Part shown: piece after piece, positions 49,822-59,566 of the stretch
Position numbering within the stretch: position 1 is the stretch's first letter
How the letters are laid out: each line of letters opens with the position of its first letter
Source of the DNA: Actinomycetota bacterium
Lineage (GTDB): Bacteria; Actinomycetota; Actinomycetes; Actinomycetales; Microbacteriaceae
NCBI GenBank assembly: GCA_030840335.1
Contig: JAUZFR010000111.1
Coordinates: forward strand, 9,745-73,744
DNA length: 64,000 nt
Reading direction: 5' to 3'
The notes under the pieces: model-generated
The model's database searches: none
Told to the model about the DNA's origin: nothing
Seen by the model: the letters and a program-made list of their open reading frames with translations, nothing else
Translations under genes and position numbers: made by a program

Positions 49822-49855
49822 GAGCCACAGCCTAGTTGCGGCAAATGACCGCAAT

Positions 49856-50728
49856 CTATCCCGAGGGCAGCGCGTATCCCGCCACGGGATCTCCGACTAC
49901 GAGGCCATCGACGAGCAAACCATCGAGCGCTCGGCTGCGCTGCAGCGGCTCTGGCCAGGCCGACTCGAGATCCGATGCGCGTAGCGGGCTGGTGCTGTCC
50001 CGCAGTATGCCGAGGATCAGCCCCCGCACCTGCCGGTCGGAACCTTCGTACTTTTTCTGAACCGCCCGTCGAGCCCCGTCGTACTCGGGATAGCCTGCTG
50101 CACGCCAGGCGCACAGGTCGGCTATCGGGCAGGCCTCACACCGCGGCGCGCGGGCCGTGCACACGACCGCACCGAGCTCCATGACCGCAGCGTTGAACAC
50201 CCGTGCATGCTCGGGCGCCTCTGGCAGCTGGCGCTCCATCGCGGCGAGATCCCGCGACGTGGATGGAGGACCCGGGTCAGCGACTCCGTCGATCGCACGG
50301 GCGAGTACGCGGCGAACATTCGTGTCCACGACCGGATGCCGGTGGCCGTACGCGAAGGCCGCGACCGCCCGCGCGGTGTAGTGGCCAACGCCCGGAAGAA
50401 CCAGCAGGTCGGCGACATCCTCCGGAACGACGCCGTCGTGCCTTTCCGTGATCGCAACCGCTGCTGCGTGCAGACTGAGCGCCCGACGCGGGTACCCCAG
50501 CCTCTCCCAGGCGCGCACCGCGTCGCCGGGAGTTGCTGCGGCCAGTGCGGCCGGCGTCGGCCATCGCCGCAGCCATTCCTCGAGCCGCGGAATCACTCGC
50601 GCGACCGGAGTCTGTTGCAGCATGATTTCGCTGACGAGGATGCCCCAGGCCGGGTATCCGGGAGCCCGCCACGGCAGAGCGCGCTGGTTCGCGACGAACC
50701 AGTCAGCTACTCGGCCAGCGATCTTCAC
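49856..50728 (-). CDS. mutY: A/G-specific adenine glycosylase
   Basis: VSEIMLQQT, WERLGYPRRA, LPGVGHYTA HhH, VDTNVRRV, C-x6-C-x2-C-x5-C Fe-S cluster. Confidence 0.93.
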   Translation of the reverse strand: MKIAGRVADWFVANQRALPWRAPGYPAWGILVSEIMLQQTPVARVIPRLEEWLRRWPTPAALAAATPGDAVRAWERLGYPRRALSLHAAAVAITERHDGVVPEDVADLLVLPGVGHYTARAVAAFAYGHRHPVVDTNVRRVLARAIDGVADPGPPSTSRDLAAMERQLPEAPEHARVFNAAVMELGAVVCTARAPRCEACPIADLCAWRAAGYPEYDGARRAVQKKYEGSDRQVRGLILGILRDSTSPLRASDLESAWPEPLQRSRALDGLLVDGLVVGDPVAGYALPSG

Positions 50729-50734
50729 CTTCCA

Positions 50735-50744
50735 AACCTAAACT
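50735..50744. promoter_or_regulatory. Overlapping back-to-back -10 boxes (bidirectional leaderless promoter)
   Basis: Minus strand: TAGGTT-N6-GTG (mutY). Plus strand: TAAACT-N7-ATG (kinase). The two boxes share the TA at 50739-50740. Confidence 0.6.
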
Positions 50745-50751
50745 GGAGAAC

Positions 50752-51411
50752 ATGGCCAGCTGGACACCCCTCAAGACCGATGTTGTCGCGGCGCTCGCCG
50801 CCGATATCCTGCACAACTACGGCAAGGGGCGCGCAATCGTCGCAGTCGACGGCCTCGATGGCGCAGGTAAGTCGCACTTTGCCGACGCGCTCGCCTCAGA
50901 GCTCGGTCGCGGTTCGCGTGCGGTGTTCCGCGCCTCGATTGACGATTTCCACCGGCCCCGTGTCGAGCGATACGCCCGCGGGGCGGATTCGCCCGAGGGC
51001 TTCTACCGCGACTCGTTCAACTACACGACCTTTCGTCGCGTGCTCATTGAGCCGTTCCGTATCGGGCACATCGGCTCGTTCGTGCTCGCCGCATTCGACC
51101 TGAAGCGCGACGCGCAGATCGAGCCGAAATGGACCACCGCCCCCGACGACGCGATCCTGATCGTCGATGGCATCTTTCTCAATCGGCCCGAGCTTCGGGG
51201 TATCTGGAACTACTCGATCTGGCTGCAGGTCGATCCTGAGGTTGCTGCCGCCCGCCTGCGGGAGCGCGATGGCGAAACCACCAACACCGCGCGCTACACG
51301 GAGGGGCAGTCGCTCTACCTGACGGACGCGAACCCCAGTGCCGCGGCCACCGCCATCATCGACAACAACGACTACGACCACCCCCGCAGGATCTTCGCCG
51401 ACTCCTGCTGA
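50752..51411 (+). CDS. Uridine kinase-like P-loop protein
   Basis: VAVDGLDGAGKS, SIDDFH, LIVDGIFL. Confidence 0.8.
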   Translation: MASWTPLKTDVVAALAADILHNYGKGRAIVAVDGLDGAGKSHFADALASELGRGSRAVFRASIDDFHRPRVERYARGADSPEGFYRDSFNYTTFRRVLIEPFRIGHIGSFVLAAFDLKRDAQIEPKWTTAPDDAILIVDGIFLNRPELRGIWNYSIWLQVDPEVAAARLRERDGETTNTARYTEGQSLYLTDANPSAAATAIIDNNDYDHPRRIFADSC

Positions 51412-51422
51412 CCAGCGACTCG

Positions 51423-52418
51423 TTAGCGCCCAAGCTCCCGAACAGCACGATCGACAGTTGCCGGCGCGAGAAATTCGTGCGTCCGCTCCACCTGGTGAAC
51501 CAGCGCCGTGAGCAACGCGTTAACCGGCGCCTTCACTCTCGCTTTCACCGCCGCATCCACGACCGCGCCATTGAGAAAGTCGATTTCGGTGAGCGCGCCG
51601 CGACGGATGCTCTGCTGCGTCGACCCCGGGTTCGGCGTCGCTCCCATACGCCGCTTGAGGAGCAGCGGAAGCGCCTGCGCCACCCACAGCGGCGCGACGG
51701 AGAAGGCGCGTAGTCGCCCGTTGTTCAGGCCCTGCACGTCGGCAAACGTGATGCCTGAAGCAATTCCGACCCGCACGTTTTCCCGCATGCTCAGGGTCAT
51801 GATGCGTCGCAGGGCGGGCATACCGATCACCTCCTGCGCGCTCAGCCCCGTGATCGCGGGTAGTGCGTTGATCTGGTTGACCACGAGTTTGGTCCACTGG
51901 GTCCCAACGAAGTTCTCTGCGACGGATGTCGGCATCACAGCTCCGAGGATCGCCGACACTCGCGTCGCCGTTGCCACGTCCCCGCCGCCGATGTAGGTGT
52001 GGCCCGGGGTCGTGATCGCGACTTCTCCCGGCGCGCGAAGCGACGACGCGTACAGGGCCAGTGCGCCGACCACGCTGGACTCGGGGAGCAGCGGCGCAGA
52101 CGCGCGGACGCTGTCGAGACCGTTCTGCACGACGGCGACGGGGATGCCCCGCAGCCAGTCGGCATTCGCTCCGATCGCGGCGGCCGCATCCTGTGCCTTG
52201 GTGGCCACGATTGCGAACTCGGGTGCCGCGGTCAGGGTCTGATTCGCCATCACGGGTGCCGTGAATTCACCCCATGGGCCAGTCAGACGCAATCCGTGCT
52301 TGCGAATCGCGGCGAGGTTGACGCCTCGCGCGGCGACCTCGACTTCATGCCCGGCGTGCGCGAGGAGCGCAGAAATGGCGCCACCGACAGCTCCCGCTCC
52401 GATGACGCCAATCTTCAT
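51423..52418 (-). CDS. Ketopantoate reductase (PanE/ApbA) family protein
   Basis: GAGAVG, VATKA, VQNG, WTKLVVN, TEIDFLNG. Confidence 0.88.
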   Translation of the reverse strand: MKIGVIGAGAVGGAISALLAHAGHEVEVAARGVNLAAIRKHGLRLTGPWGEFTAPVMANQTLTAAPEFAIVATKAQDAAAAIGANADWLRGIPVAVVQNGLDSVRASAPLLPESSVVGALALYASSLRAPGEVAITTPGHTYIGGGDVATATRVSAILGAVMPTSVAENFVGTQWTKLVVNQINALPAITGLSAQEVIGMPALRRIMTLSMRENVRVGIASGITFADVQGLNNGRLRAFSVAPLWVAQALPLLLKRRMGATPNPGSTQQSIRRGALTEIDFLNGAVVDAAVKARVKAPVNALLTALVHQVERTHEFLAPATVDRAVRELGR

Positions 52419-52427
52419 GCACCGAGC

Positions 52428-52462
52428 CTAATTCGCGCCGGGCCTAGTTCGCGCCGGGCCTA
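52428..52462. repeat. 16-nt tandem duplication after the MFS stop codon
   Basis: ctaattcgcgccgggc / ctagttcgcgccgggc / cta. Confidence 0.85.
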
Positions 52463-53890
52463 CCGTGCGCGGCGGGCGAGTCGCCCAGCGGGGAGGGCGA
52501 ACGACACGAGCGTGGTGGCCGCGAGCACCGCTGCCCCCACGAACACCGCCTTGACCGCGGCATCCACGTAGCCGGTTGGCGTGAGTTGCCCGCCCGCGCC
52601 AGTGAAAACGGCCGTGAGAACAGCGACGCCGAGCGCGACGCCAATCTCCCGAAGGGTCGAGTTGGTGCCGCTTGCTTTTGCGTGGTCCTTGTCGGTCATG
52701 GTGGCGAGAACCGCCGTAGAGGACGGCGAGAACACGAGACCCATGCCCACACCGGCGATGATGAACGGCCACACCATGACCGAGTAACTGACTGTCGCCG
52801 ACATCGTGCTGGCGAGCCAGAACAGAGCGATCGACTGCAGCGCGAGGCCGCTGGCGATCAGCACACGGGTGCCCACACGCCCCGCGACCAGTCCGGCCAA
52901 CGGTGCGACGATCATCGGAGCCATCGTCCACGGCGTGGTTTGCACCGCCGCCTCGAGAGGCGTCGATCCCTGCACGACCTGGAGAAACTGGATGAGGATG
53001 AAGACCGCTCCGAACATCCCGAAGCTGAAGCCGAACCCGACGATGTTGGCAATGGAGAAGCTGCGGTCGCGGAAAAGTCCGAGCGGCAGCAGGGGAGCGG
53101 TGGCTCGAGACTCCCACCAGATGAAGGCGAGAATCAGGATGCCGCCCCCGACGAGCCCCGCGAGCACCTGCGCGCTCGACCAGCCCGCGTCATTTCCGCG
53201 GACGATTCCGAAAACGACTCCGAGCACTCCGAGGCCGACGAGGGCGAGACCGACGAGATCCGCCCGAACCTTTGCGCCGAAACTGTTCGGAAGTGCGATC
53301 AGCACGAGCGGGATCGAGATGATGCCGACCGGCACGTTGATCCAGAAGATGGCTTGCCAGTTCCAGCCCTGCACCACGGCGCCTCCGATGAGGGGACCGA
53401 GGGCGACGCCGAGTCCCGCGACACCGCCCCAGATACCGATCGCGAGAGGACGAAGGCGCCCCGGCACCGAACCCGCGAGAAGGGTCAGCGAGAGCGGCAT
53501 GAGTGCCGCACCGCCGATGCCCTGAATCGCACGGGCGGCGATCAGCTGGCCCGGATCGGTGCTGAACCCGGCCGCAATCGACGCGAGCGTGAAGATCGCG
53601 ATGCCGATCGCGAAGACCGTACGACGACCGAAGCGATCGCCAAGGGCGACCGCCATCAGGATGAACGTCGCAAAGCTCAGCGTGTACGCGTTCACGAACC
53701 ACTGCAGTTGCTCGACGGTGGCGCCGAGGTCCCTGTGGATGACGGGAAGGGCGTTGGTCATGATCAGGTTGTCGAGGCTTGCCATGAACATGGGGATGCT
53801 CGCGGCGAGAACTGCAAGCCAGACCGGGATGCGGCGTCGGGGGGCCGCGGCGATCTCATCGGTTACTGGGGCTGCTTCGGCGATGGTCAC
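52460..53890 (-). CDS. DHA2-family MFS efflux transporter
   Basis: MASLDNLIMTNALP, WFVNAYTL, LGDRFGRR, ARAIQGIG, WQAIFWINVPVG; GTG 53890 with AGGAG RBS. Confidence 0.92.
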   Translation of the reverse strand: MTIAEAAPVTDEIAAAPRRRIPVWLAVLAASIPMFMASLDNLIMTNALPVIHRDLGATVEQLQWFVNAYTLSFATFILMAVALGDRFGRRTVFAIGIAIFTLASIAAGFSTDPGQLIAARAIQGIGGAALMPLSLTLLAGSVPGRLRPLAIGIWGGVAGLGVALGPLIGGAVVQGWNWQAIFWINVPVGIISIPLVLIALPNSFGAKVRADLVGLALVGLGVLGVVFGIVRGNDAGWSSAQVLAGLVGGGILILAFIWWESRATAPLLPLGLFRDRSFSIANIVGFGFSFGMFGAVFILIQFLQVVQGSTPLEAAVQTTPWTMAPMIVAPLAGLVAGRVGTRVLIASGLALQSIALFWLASTMSATVSYSVMVWPFIIAGVGMGLVFSPSSTAVLATMTDKDHAKASGTNSTLREIGVALGVAVLTAVFTGAGGQLTPTGYVDAAVKAVFVGAAVLAATTLVSFALPAGRLARRAR

Positions 53891-53930
53891 AGGAACTCCT
53901 GGAAATTCGAGGCGGGTAGTCGAGAATGTT

Positions 53931-53983
53931 GTAATCGAATGATTACTTAATTCGAGATTAGTAATCAACTGATAACCTGTCAA
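53931..53983. promoter_or_regulatory. Two TetR operator palindromes overlapping the MFS promoter
   Basis: GTAATC-GAAT-GATTAC (53931-53946) and GTAATC-AACT-GATAAC (53961-53976); minus-strand TTGACA (53983-53978)-17bp-TAATCT (53960-53955). Confidence 0.75.
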
Positions 53984-53985
53984 GC

Positions 53986-54651
53986 ATGAGTGACGCAACG
54001 GCCTCCTCGACAAGTCGCGTGGGCCCCCCGACAACCCGGATGGGCTCCGACGCGCGCCGTGAACTGGTTCTCGAAGCAGCAACTTCGGTGTTCGGCCAGC
54101 GCGGCTACGCAGGTACCACGACCGACCAGGTTGCGGCTGCAGCGGGTGTGAGCCAGCCGTATGTTGTGCGGATCTTCGGCACAAAGGAAAATCTGTTTCT
54201 CGCCGTGCTCAAGCGCGCGCTCGACCTGCTTTTGACCGCTTTTCGTGCGGCTCTCGCCGATGAGTCAGAAATTCCGGTCGGGCGCCGCCTCAGCCTTGCG
54301 TACGTCGACCTGCTCACCGACCGCGGCCTCCTGCTGTCGCTCATGCACGGTTTCGTGCTCGGAGCGGATCCGGAGATCGGGCGGGTTGCGCGCTGTGGAT
54401 TCCTGGACGTGTACCGCTTCCTGAAGAACGAAGCCGGGTTTTCGCCGGTCGAAGCGGCCGAGTTCCTCGCGCACGGCATGCTCATGAACACCCTTGTCGG
54501 CCTGCGAATGACCGATGACTACGACAAGGATGCCGACGCCCGCGAACTGCTCGAAGGCGCGCTGCAGTCCAAACTCGCGCTCCTCCTCGAGGTGACGAAC
54601 AGCCCCGCAGTCTCGAACAGCCCCGCAGTCTCGACCAGTACGGCGTCGTGA
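53986..54651 (+). CDS. TetR/AcrR family regulator
   Basis: FGQRGYAGTTTDQVAAAAGVSQPYVVRIFGTKENLF HTH; divergent from the MFS gene. Confidence 0.93.
   Translation: MSDATASSTSRVGPPTTRMGSDARRELVLEAATSVFGQRGYAGTTTDQVAAAAGVSQPYVVRIFGTKENLFLAVLKRALDLLLTAFRAALADESEIPVGRRLSLAYVDLLTDRGLLLSLMHGFVLGADPEIGRVARCGFLDVYRFLKNEAGFSPVEAAEFLAHGMLMNTLVGLRMTDDYDKDADARELLEGALQSKLALLLEVTNSPAVSNSPAVSTSTAS
54596..54634 (+). repeat. 18-nt in-frame tandem duplication (NSPAVS x2) at the TetR C-terminus
   Basis: cgaacagccccgcagtct x2. Confidence 0.85.
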
Positions 54652-55541
54652 CCAGCGGCATCCTCCTCGTCGACAAGCCGACCGGCATCACGAGTCACGA
54701 CGTGGTGTCGCGCGTACGCAAACTCGCGGGCACCCGAAAGGTCGGCCACGCGGGAACACTTGACCCGATGGCGACAGGTCTGCTCGTACTCGGCATCGAC
54801 AGCTCGACCAGGCTGCTCACCTTTCTGGTCGGCCTCGACAAGGAGTACCTCGCGACCATCAGTCTGGGCTTCGGCACGACGACGGATGATGCGGAAGGGG
54901 AGCAGGTCGGCGCCGCGATCGACACCACTGCCATCACCGACGCCAGTATCCTGGCCGCGATCCAACCGCTCACCGGCGACATCCAACAGGTGCCGAGCTC
55001 GGTGAGCGCAATCAAGGTCGACGGCAAACGCTCCTACGACCGGGTTCGCGAAGGCGAAACCGTCACGCTCAAGGCGCGGTCGGTGACGGTGTCGGCCTTC
55101 GACGTTCTCGAGGTGCGCAGAGGCGCGCGTCTCGAACTCGACGTTCGAGTCGAATGCACTTCGGGCACATACATCCGCGCGCTCGCGCGTGATCTGGGCG
55201 AAGCTCTGGGCGTCGGCGGCCACCTCACCGCATTGCGTCGCACCCGCGTCGGCCCGTTCCTCGTGGGCGATGCCGGCCAACTGGACGAGTCGCTCGTCGC
55301 GTCCCTGTTGCCGCCGGCATCCGTTGCCTCCCGCCTGTTCGAGACCGTGGACCTGACCGGCGACGAGGTTCTTGCCCTCACCCAGGGCAAGCGCATTCGA
55401 CCGGGAGGGGCCCAGAACGAGAGTTCGACGCTGCCGTTAGCCGCGATCGCACCGGATGGGCGGCTCGCCGGACTTATCACCCTCACCGACGGCCTCGCTC
55501 GAGTTCTCGTGAATTTTCCGAGCGACGAGGTTCTCCCGTGA
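54648..55541 (+). CDS. truB: tRNA pseudouridine(55) synthase
   Basis: VDKPTGITSHDVV, GHAGTLDPMATG, CTSGTYIRALARD, LRRTRVG. Confidence 0.97.
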   Translation: MTSGILLVDKPTGITSHDVVSRVRKLAGTRKVGHAGTLDPMATGLLVLGIDSSTRLLTFLVGLDKEYLATISLGFGTTTDDAEGEQVGAAIDTTAITDASILAAIQPLTGDIQQVPSSVSAIKVDGKRSYDRVREGETVTLKARSVTVSAFDVLEVRRGARLELDVRVECTSGTYIRALARDLGEALGVGGHLTALRRTRVGPFLVGDAGQLDESLVASLLPPASVASRLFETVDLTGDEVLALTQGKRIRPGGAQNESSTLPLAAIAPDGRLAGLITLTDGLARVLVNFPSDEVLP

Positions 55542-55906
55542 TCGGCTGGTACACCGTCGTCGAGGTGGCCATTGCCGTGCTCGCGGGCCTGTTCTCGGTG
55601 GTGCTCGGGCTGGCGGGCCGCAAACCGAATGACTACACCATCGGCGCGGCCCTGCTCGTCGAGGTTCTGCTGGTGGCGCAGGTCGTGATCGCAATCGTTG
55701 CCCCGTTTGCGGGCAATCGTCCGACTGGCAGCGAAATCGAGTTCTACATCTACCTCGTCGCGGCCCTGCTCATCCCGTTGCTCGGCGGCTTCTGGGCACT
55801 CGTCGAACGCGACCGCTGGAGCACCGTCATCCTCGGAATCGCGTGCCTCGCGGTCGCGGTGATGATGGTGCGCATGAACATCATCTGGACAGTCCAGATC
55901 GCTTAG
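55538..55906 (+). CDS. Small integral membrane protein
   Basis: Four hydrophobic segments; start overlaps the truB stop. Confidence 0.75.
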   Translation: MIGWYTVVEVAIAVLAGLFSVVLGLAGRKPNDYTIGAALLVEVLLVAQVVIAIVAPFAGNRPTGSEIEFYIYLVAALLIPLLGGFWALVERDRWSTVILGIACLAVAVMMVRMNIIWTVQIA

Positions 55907-55917
55907 GGTTGGTAGCT

Positions 55918-56346
55918 GTGTCTACTCCGCCGAGCGTCTCTGCGCGCCCCCGTGCTTTCGGTGCAGGTCGTGTGCTGATCACCGTCTATGCAATCCTGGC
56001 GATCGGTGCGACATCACGTGCCATCTACCAGATCTTCACCGCCTTTTCGACGGCACCGCTCGCGATCACGCTGTCGGCGCTGTCCGGCGTGATCTACGTT
56101 CTCGCGACCGTCGCACTGATACTCCCCGGGCCTCGTTGGTACCGTACGGCATGGATCACGATCAGCTTCGAGCTCGCCGGCGTTCTCGTCATCGGCACGC
56201 TCAGCCTCATCGCACCCCAGGATTTCGCAGATCGCTCGACCGTCTGGTCGGAGTACGGGATCGGCTACCTGTTCATTCCGCTCGTACTGCCCGTTCTCGG
56301 GATGCTGTACCTGCGTCGCCGGCACCGGCTGGCTGCGGAGGCGTGA
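55918..56346 (+). CDS. Integral membrane protein
   Basis: GTG 55918; four TMs; TVWSEYGIGYLFIPLVLPVLG; ends 1 nt before ribF. Confidence 0.75.
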   Translation: MSTPPSVSARPRAFGAGRVLITVYAILAIGATSRAIYQIFTAFSTAPLAITLSALSGVIYVLATVALILPGPRWYRTAWITISFELAGVLVIGTLSLIAPQDFADRSTVWSEYGIGYLFIPLVLPVLGMLYLRRRHRLAAEA

Positions 56347-56347
56347 C

Positions 56348-57292
56348 GTGAGATTGTTCGAACGCCTGAGTGACGTGCCGCCAGGCTTCGGGCCGAGCGC
56401 GGTCACGATCGGCAAGTTCGACGGCGTGCACGCCGGCCATCGGGCCGTGATCGCAGATCTGAGGGCGGTAGCGGCCGAACGCGGACTCGTCTCAACCATC
56501 GTCACGTTCGATCGCAACCCACTCGCCGTGCTGGCCCCCGAGAAGTGTCCGGATGCCTTGATCAGCAACTCGCAGAAGGTCGAGCTGCTCGAGGCGGCGG
56601 GCGTCGACGCGACGCTCATGCTTACCTTCGATCGAGAGTTCAGCGAACAGTCACCCACGAAATTCGTCACGGATGTGCTGGTGAATGCGCTCTCGGCCAG
56701 GGTCGTCTTCGTTGGTTCGGATTTTAGATTCGGGGCCAAAGGGGCCGGCAACGTGGACCTTCTGGAGCGACTCGGTGCCGAGCACAATTTCGAGGTTCGA
56801 CGCATCGGTGAAGTGACCATCGGCGGCACTCGTCGGGCCTCATCGACGTGGATTCGCGAGTTGCTCGAGAGCGGCGACGTCGTTGCGGCCGCCGACCTCC
56901 TCGAGCGCCTCCCGAGCATCCGTTCCGTCGTTGTCCACGGCGAGCAACGGGGGAGGGAACTCGGTTATCCAACGGCCAACCTGTCGCCGGATCTCGAGGG
57001 ATTGATTCCGGCCGACGGTGTGTATGCAGCGTTCGCAACCGTCGACGGCGTGAGCTATCCGGCGGCCGTATCGATCGGCAACAATCCGACGTTCGAGGGT
57101 GTGCCGCAGAAGCAGGTCGAGGCACACCTGCTCGATCAGGAACTGGACCTCTACGGCAAGCCGATCGAGGTTGCGTTCGTCGACTACGTGCGCACGATGC
57201 AGAAGTTCGATTCGGTCGACCAGCTCGTCACCCAGATGCGCCTCGACGAGGATCGCATTCGTACCATCCTCGGCCTCAGCCAGCGGTTCTAA
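56348..57292 (+). CDS. ribF: Bifunctional riboflavin kinase/FAD synthetase
   Basis: TIGKFDGVHAGH, VGSDFRFG, GRELGYPTAN, GNNPTF, VEAHLLD. Confidence 0.96.
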   Translation: MRLFERLSDVPPGFGPSAVTIGKFDGVHAGHRAVIADLRAVAAERGLVSTIVTFDRNPLAVLAPEKCPDALISNSQKVELLEAAGVDATLMLTFDREFSEQSPTKFVTDVLVNALSARVVFVGSDFRFGAKGAGNVDLLERLGAEHNFEVRRIGEVTIGGTRRASSTWIRELLESGDVVAAADLLERLPSIRSVVVHGEQRGRELGYPTANLSPDLEGLIPADGVYAAFATVDGVSYPAAVSIGNNPTFEGVPQKQVEAHLLDQELDLYGKPIEVAFVDYVRTMQKFDSVDQLVTQMRLDEDRIRTILGLSQRF

Positions 57293-57333
57293 CCGGGCGA
57301 ACCAACCCGGTCAACCCGCCCTAGGATGGGCGG

Positions 57334-58569
57334 ATGCCCCAGCCTCGCTCGATACCGTTGTGGGCTGGACGGTCCGTCGCGCTGGTCGGCATCCTTCTCG
57401 TCGCGCTCAGCCTGCGTTCGGCAGTTGCCGCGCTCTCGCCGATCCTTGACCACGTCTCGGCGGAGATCCCGTTGAGCGCTATTGTCATCGGCGTGATCGG
57501 GGCGGCTCCACCGGTGATGTTCGCTGCGAGCGGCCTGCTCGCGCCGTCGATCTCGCGCAGGCTCGGACTCGAACGATCGATGCTCGCGGCGGTCGTCGTC
57601 ATGGTGATCGGGCACTTCGCGCGTGCCGTCGCACCGAATGACGTGGTGTTGATTCTGGCGACCGCGGTGACGCTGATCGGCATCGGCGTGGGCAACGTGC
57701 TGTTACCGCCGATCGTCAAGCGATATTTCCCGGATCGAATCGGCCTCGTCACGACCCTCTACGCGACACTGCTGTCGGTGAGCGCGGCCGTGCCGGCACT
57801 GATCGCGGTGCCGGTCGCCGACGCCCTGGGATGGCGAGTATCGCTGGGGATCTGGTGCTTCGTGGCCGCGACAGCGATCGCGCCGTGGGTGACGCTGACG
57901 GTGCGCCATCGGCGGGAGCTGGCGCGGCTGCGGACGGATGATTCGGACGCAGTGATCGAGACCGAAAGCGCCCTCGAGGGCCGCCTGTGGCGCTCGCCGG
58001 TTGCGTGGTCGGTGACAATAACATTCGCGGTCTCAAGCATCAACGCGTACGCCGCGTTCGCGTGGCTCCCAAGCCTGCTGATCGCAACCGCGGGCGTCTC
58101 ACCCGCAGGGGCGGGCGCCCTGCTCTCGCTCTACGCAATCATGGGTTTCCCCGCCGGAATCGTTCTTCCGCTGCTCGCCTCCCGCATGAAGAATGTCGGA
58201 CTCCTCGTCTTCGCCGGAGTCGGCTTCTTCCTGGTCGGCTATTCGGGGCTGCTTTTCGCCCCGAGGGCCGTTCCGATCCTGTGGGTTGCGCTCATTGGAC
58301 TCGGACCCCTGCTGTTCCCGCTCGCGCTCGTGCTCATCAACTCGCGCACGCGAACTCACGCGGGATCAGTCGCCCTGAGCGGCTTCGTTCAGGGGATCGG
58401 CTACGTTCTGGGCGCATTTGGGCCCCTGCTGGTCGGCATCCTCAAGCAGGCGACGGGGGGCTGGAGCGTGCCGATTCTGTTCCTCGTCGCTGTCAGCCTG
58501 TGTGGTGTGATCGCCGGGCTGCTGCTGACGCGACCACGTTTTGTCGAGGACGACCTGGCCGGTCGCTGA
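57334..58569 (+). CDS. CynX/NimT-type MFS transporter
   Basis: ALSLRSAV, GNVLLPPIVKRYF, LSGFVQGIGY; TAGGAT-N6-ATG. Confidence 0.88.
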   Translation: MPQPRSIPLWAGRSVALVGILLVALSLRSAVAALSPILDHVSAEIPLSAIVIGVIGAAPPVMFAASGLLAPSISRRLGLERSMLAAVVVMVIGHFARAVAPNDVVLILATAVTLIGIGVGNVLLPPIVKRYFPDRIGLVTTLYATLLSVSAAVPALIAVPVADALGWRVSLGIWCFVAATAIAPWVTLTVRHRRELARLRTDDSDAVIETESALEGRLWRSPVAWSVTITFAVSSINAYAAFAWLPSLLIATAGVSPAGAGALLSLYAIMGFPAGIVLPLLASRMKNVGLLVFAGVGFFLVGYSGLLFAPRAVPILWVALIGLGPLLFPLALVLINSRTRTHAGSVALSGFVQGIGYVLGAFGPLLVGILKQATGGWSVPILFLVAVSLCGVIAGLLLTRPRFVEDDLAGR

Positions 58570-58573
58570 GCCG

Positions 58574-59500
58574 CTACGGCACCAGCTCCGGACGGTGCAC
58601 AAGGGCCGCGGCTCCGATCAGCGGTCCGTCGCCCGACAGCGCGGATGGCACAACCTTCACCTTCGTGACAAACGCGAACGTGTCGCGTTCGGCGATCGCG
58701 CTGCGAATGACGTCGAAGAGGTCGGGGCTGACGTGCGAGAAGCCGCCGCCGATCGCCACGATCTCAAGATCGTTCAGCGAAGTGGCCGAGGCGATCGCCT
58801 GGCCGATCGCGCGTCCGGCACGTTCGACGGCCGCGATCGCGGTCTCATCACCTGCGGCGTAGCTGGCCGCGAGTTCCTCGCCGGTGTGGCCGGTCCAGCC
58901 GTGGCTCCGCGCCCACTCGACACTGCGCGGGCCGGAAGCGATCGCCTCGACGCATCCGATGCCGCCGCATTTGCAGCGGACGTCGAACCCGCCCACCTCG
59001 ATGTGGCCGATGTGACCGGCGTTTCCGGTTGGCCCGGGCACGGTGACTCCGTCGAGGATGAGGCCGCCGCCGATGCCCGTCGAGACGATCATTCCCATCA
59101 CGTTGTCATACCCCTGCGCCGCACCCACCCAGTGCTCGGCAAGCGTGATGCAGAGGCCATCCATGCGAAGTCTGGCGGGAACACCGCCCAATGCCGCTTC
59201 CACTTGCGCGAGTAGTGGATAGTCGCGCCAGGCCGGCACGTTGAGCGGGCTCACGAGCCCACCACGGACCGTGATCGGTCCCGCGCTGCCGATTCCGGCG
59301 CCAATAAGCTCCTCGCCGGCGGGGACAACCGCGAGCACGGAGCTGAGAACGGCGTCAACGGATGCCGCGAGCTGCTCAGATGTTGACTGCCCACCGGTGG
59401 GCTGACGGAAGCGCGTTCCGTCGAGAACGGTGCCGGTGTCGTCCACGAGTGCCCCTTCGACCTTCGTTCCGCCGAAATCGAGCGCAAGGGCAATCGTCAT
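58574..59500 (-). CDS. ROK family sugar kinase
   Basis: ALDFGGTK, STGIGGG, GHIGH...CKCGGIGCVE Zn motif; start reassigned to ATG 59500 (TACGCT-N6). Confidence 0.9.
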   Translation of the reverse strand: MTIALALDFGGTKVEGALVDDTGTVLDGTRFRQPTGGQSTSEQLAASVDAVLSSVLAVVPAGEELIGAGIGSAGPITVRGGLVSPLNVPAWRDYPLLAQVEAALGGVPARLRMDGLCITLAEHWVGAAQGYDNVMGMIVSTGIGGGLILDGVTVPGPTGNAGHIGHIEVGGFDVRCKCGGIGCVEAIASGPRSVEWARSHGWTGHTGEELAASYAAGDETAIAAVERAGRAIGQAIASATSLNDLEIVAIGGGFSHVSPDLFDVIRSAIAERDTFAFVTKVKVVPSALSGDGPLIGAAALVHRPELVP

Positions 59501-59566
59501 TAAGCCAGCGTATCGAACGCGGGGTGCCTCTCTGACTGCGTCGCACGCCGGACGTAAACTGGCCGG

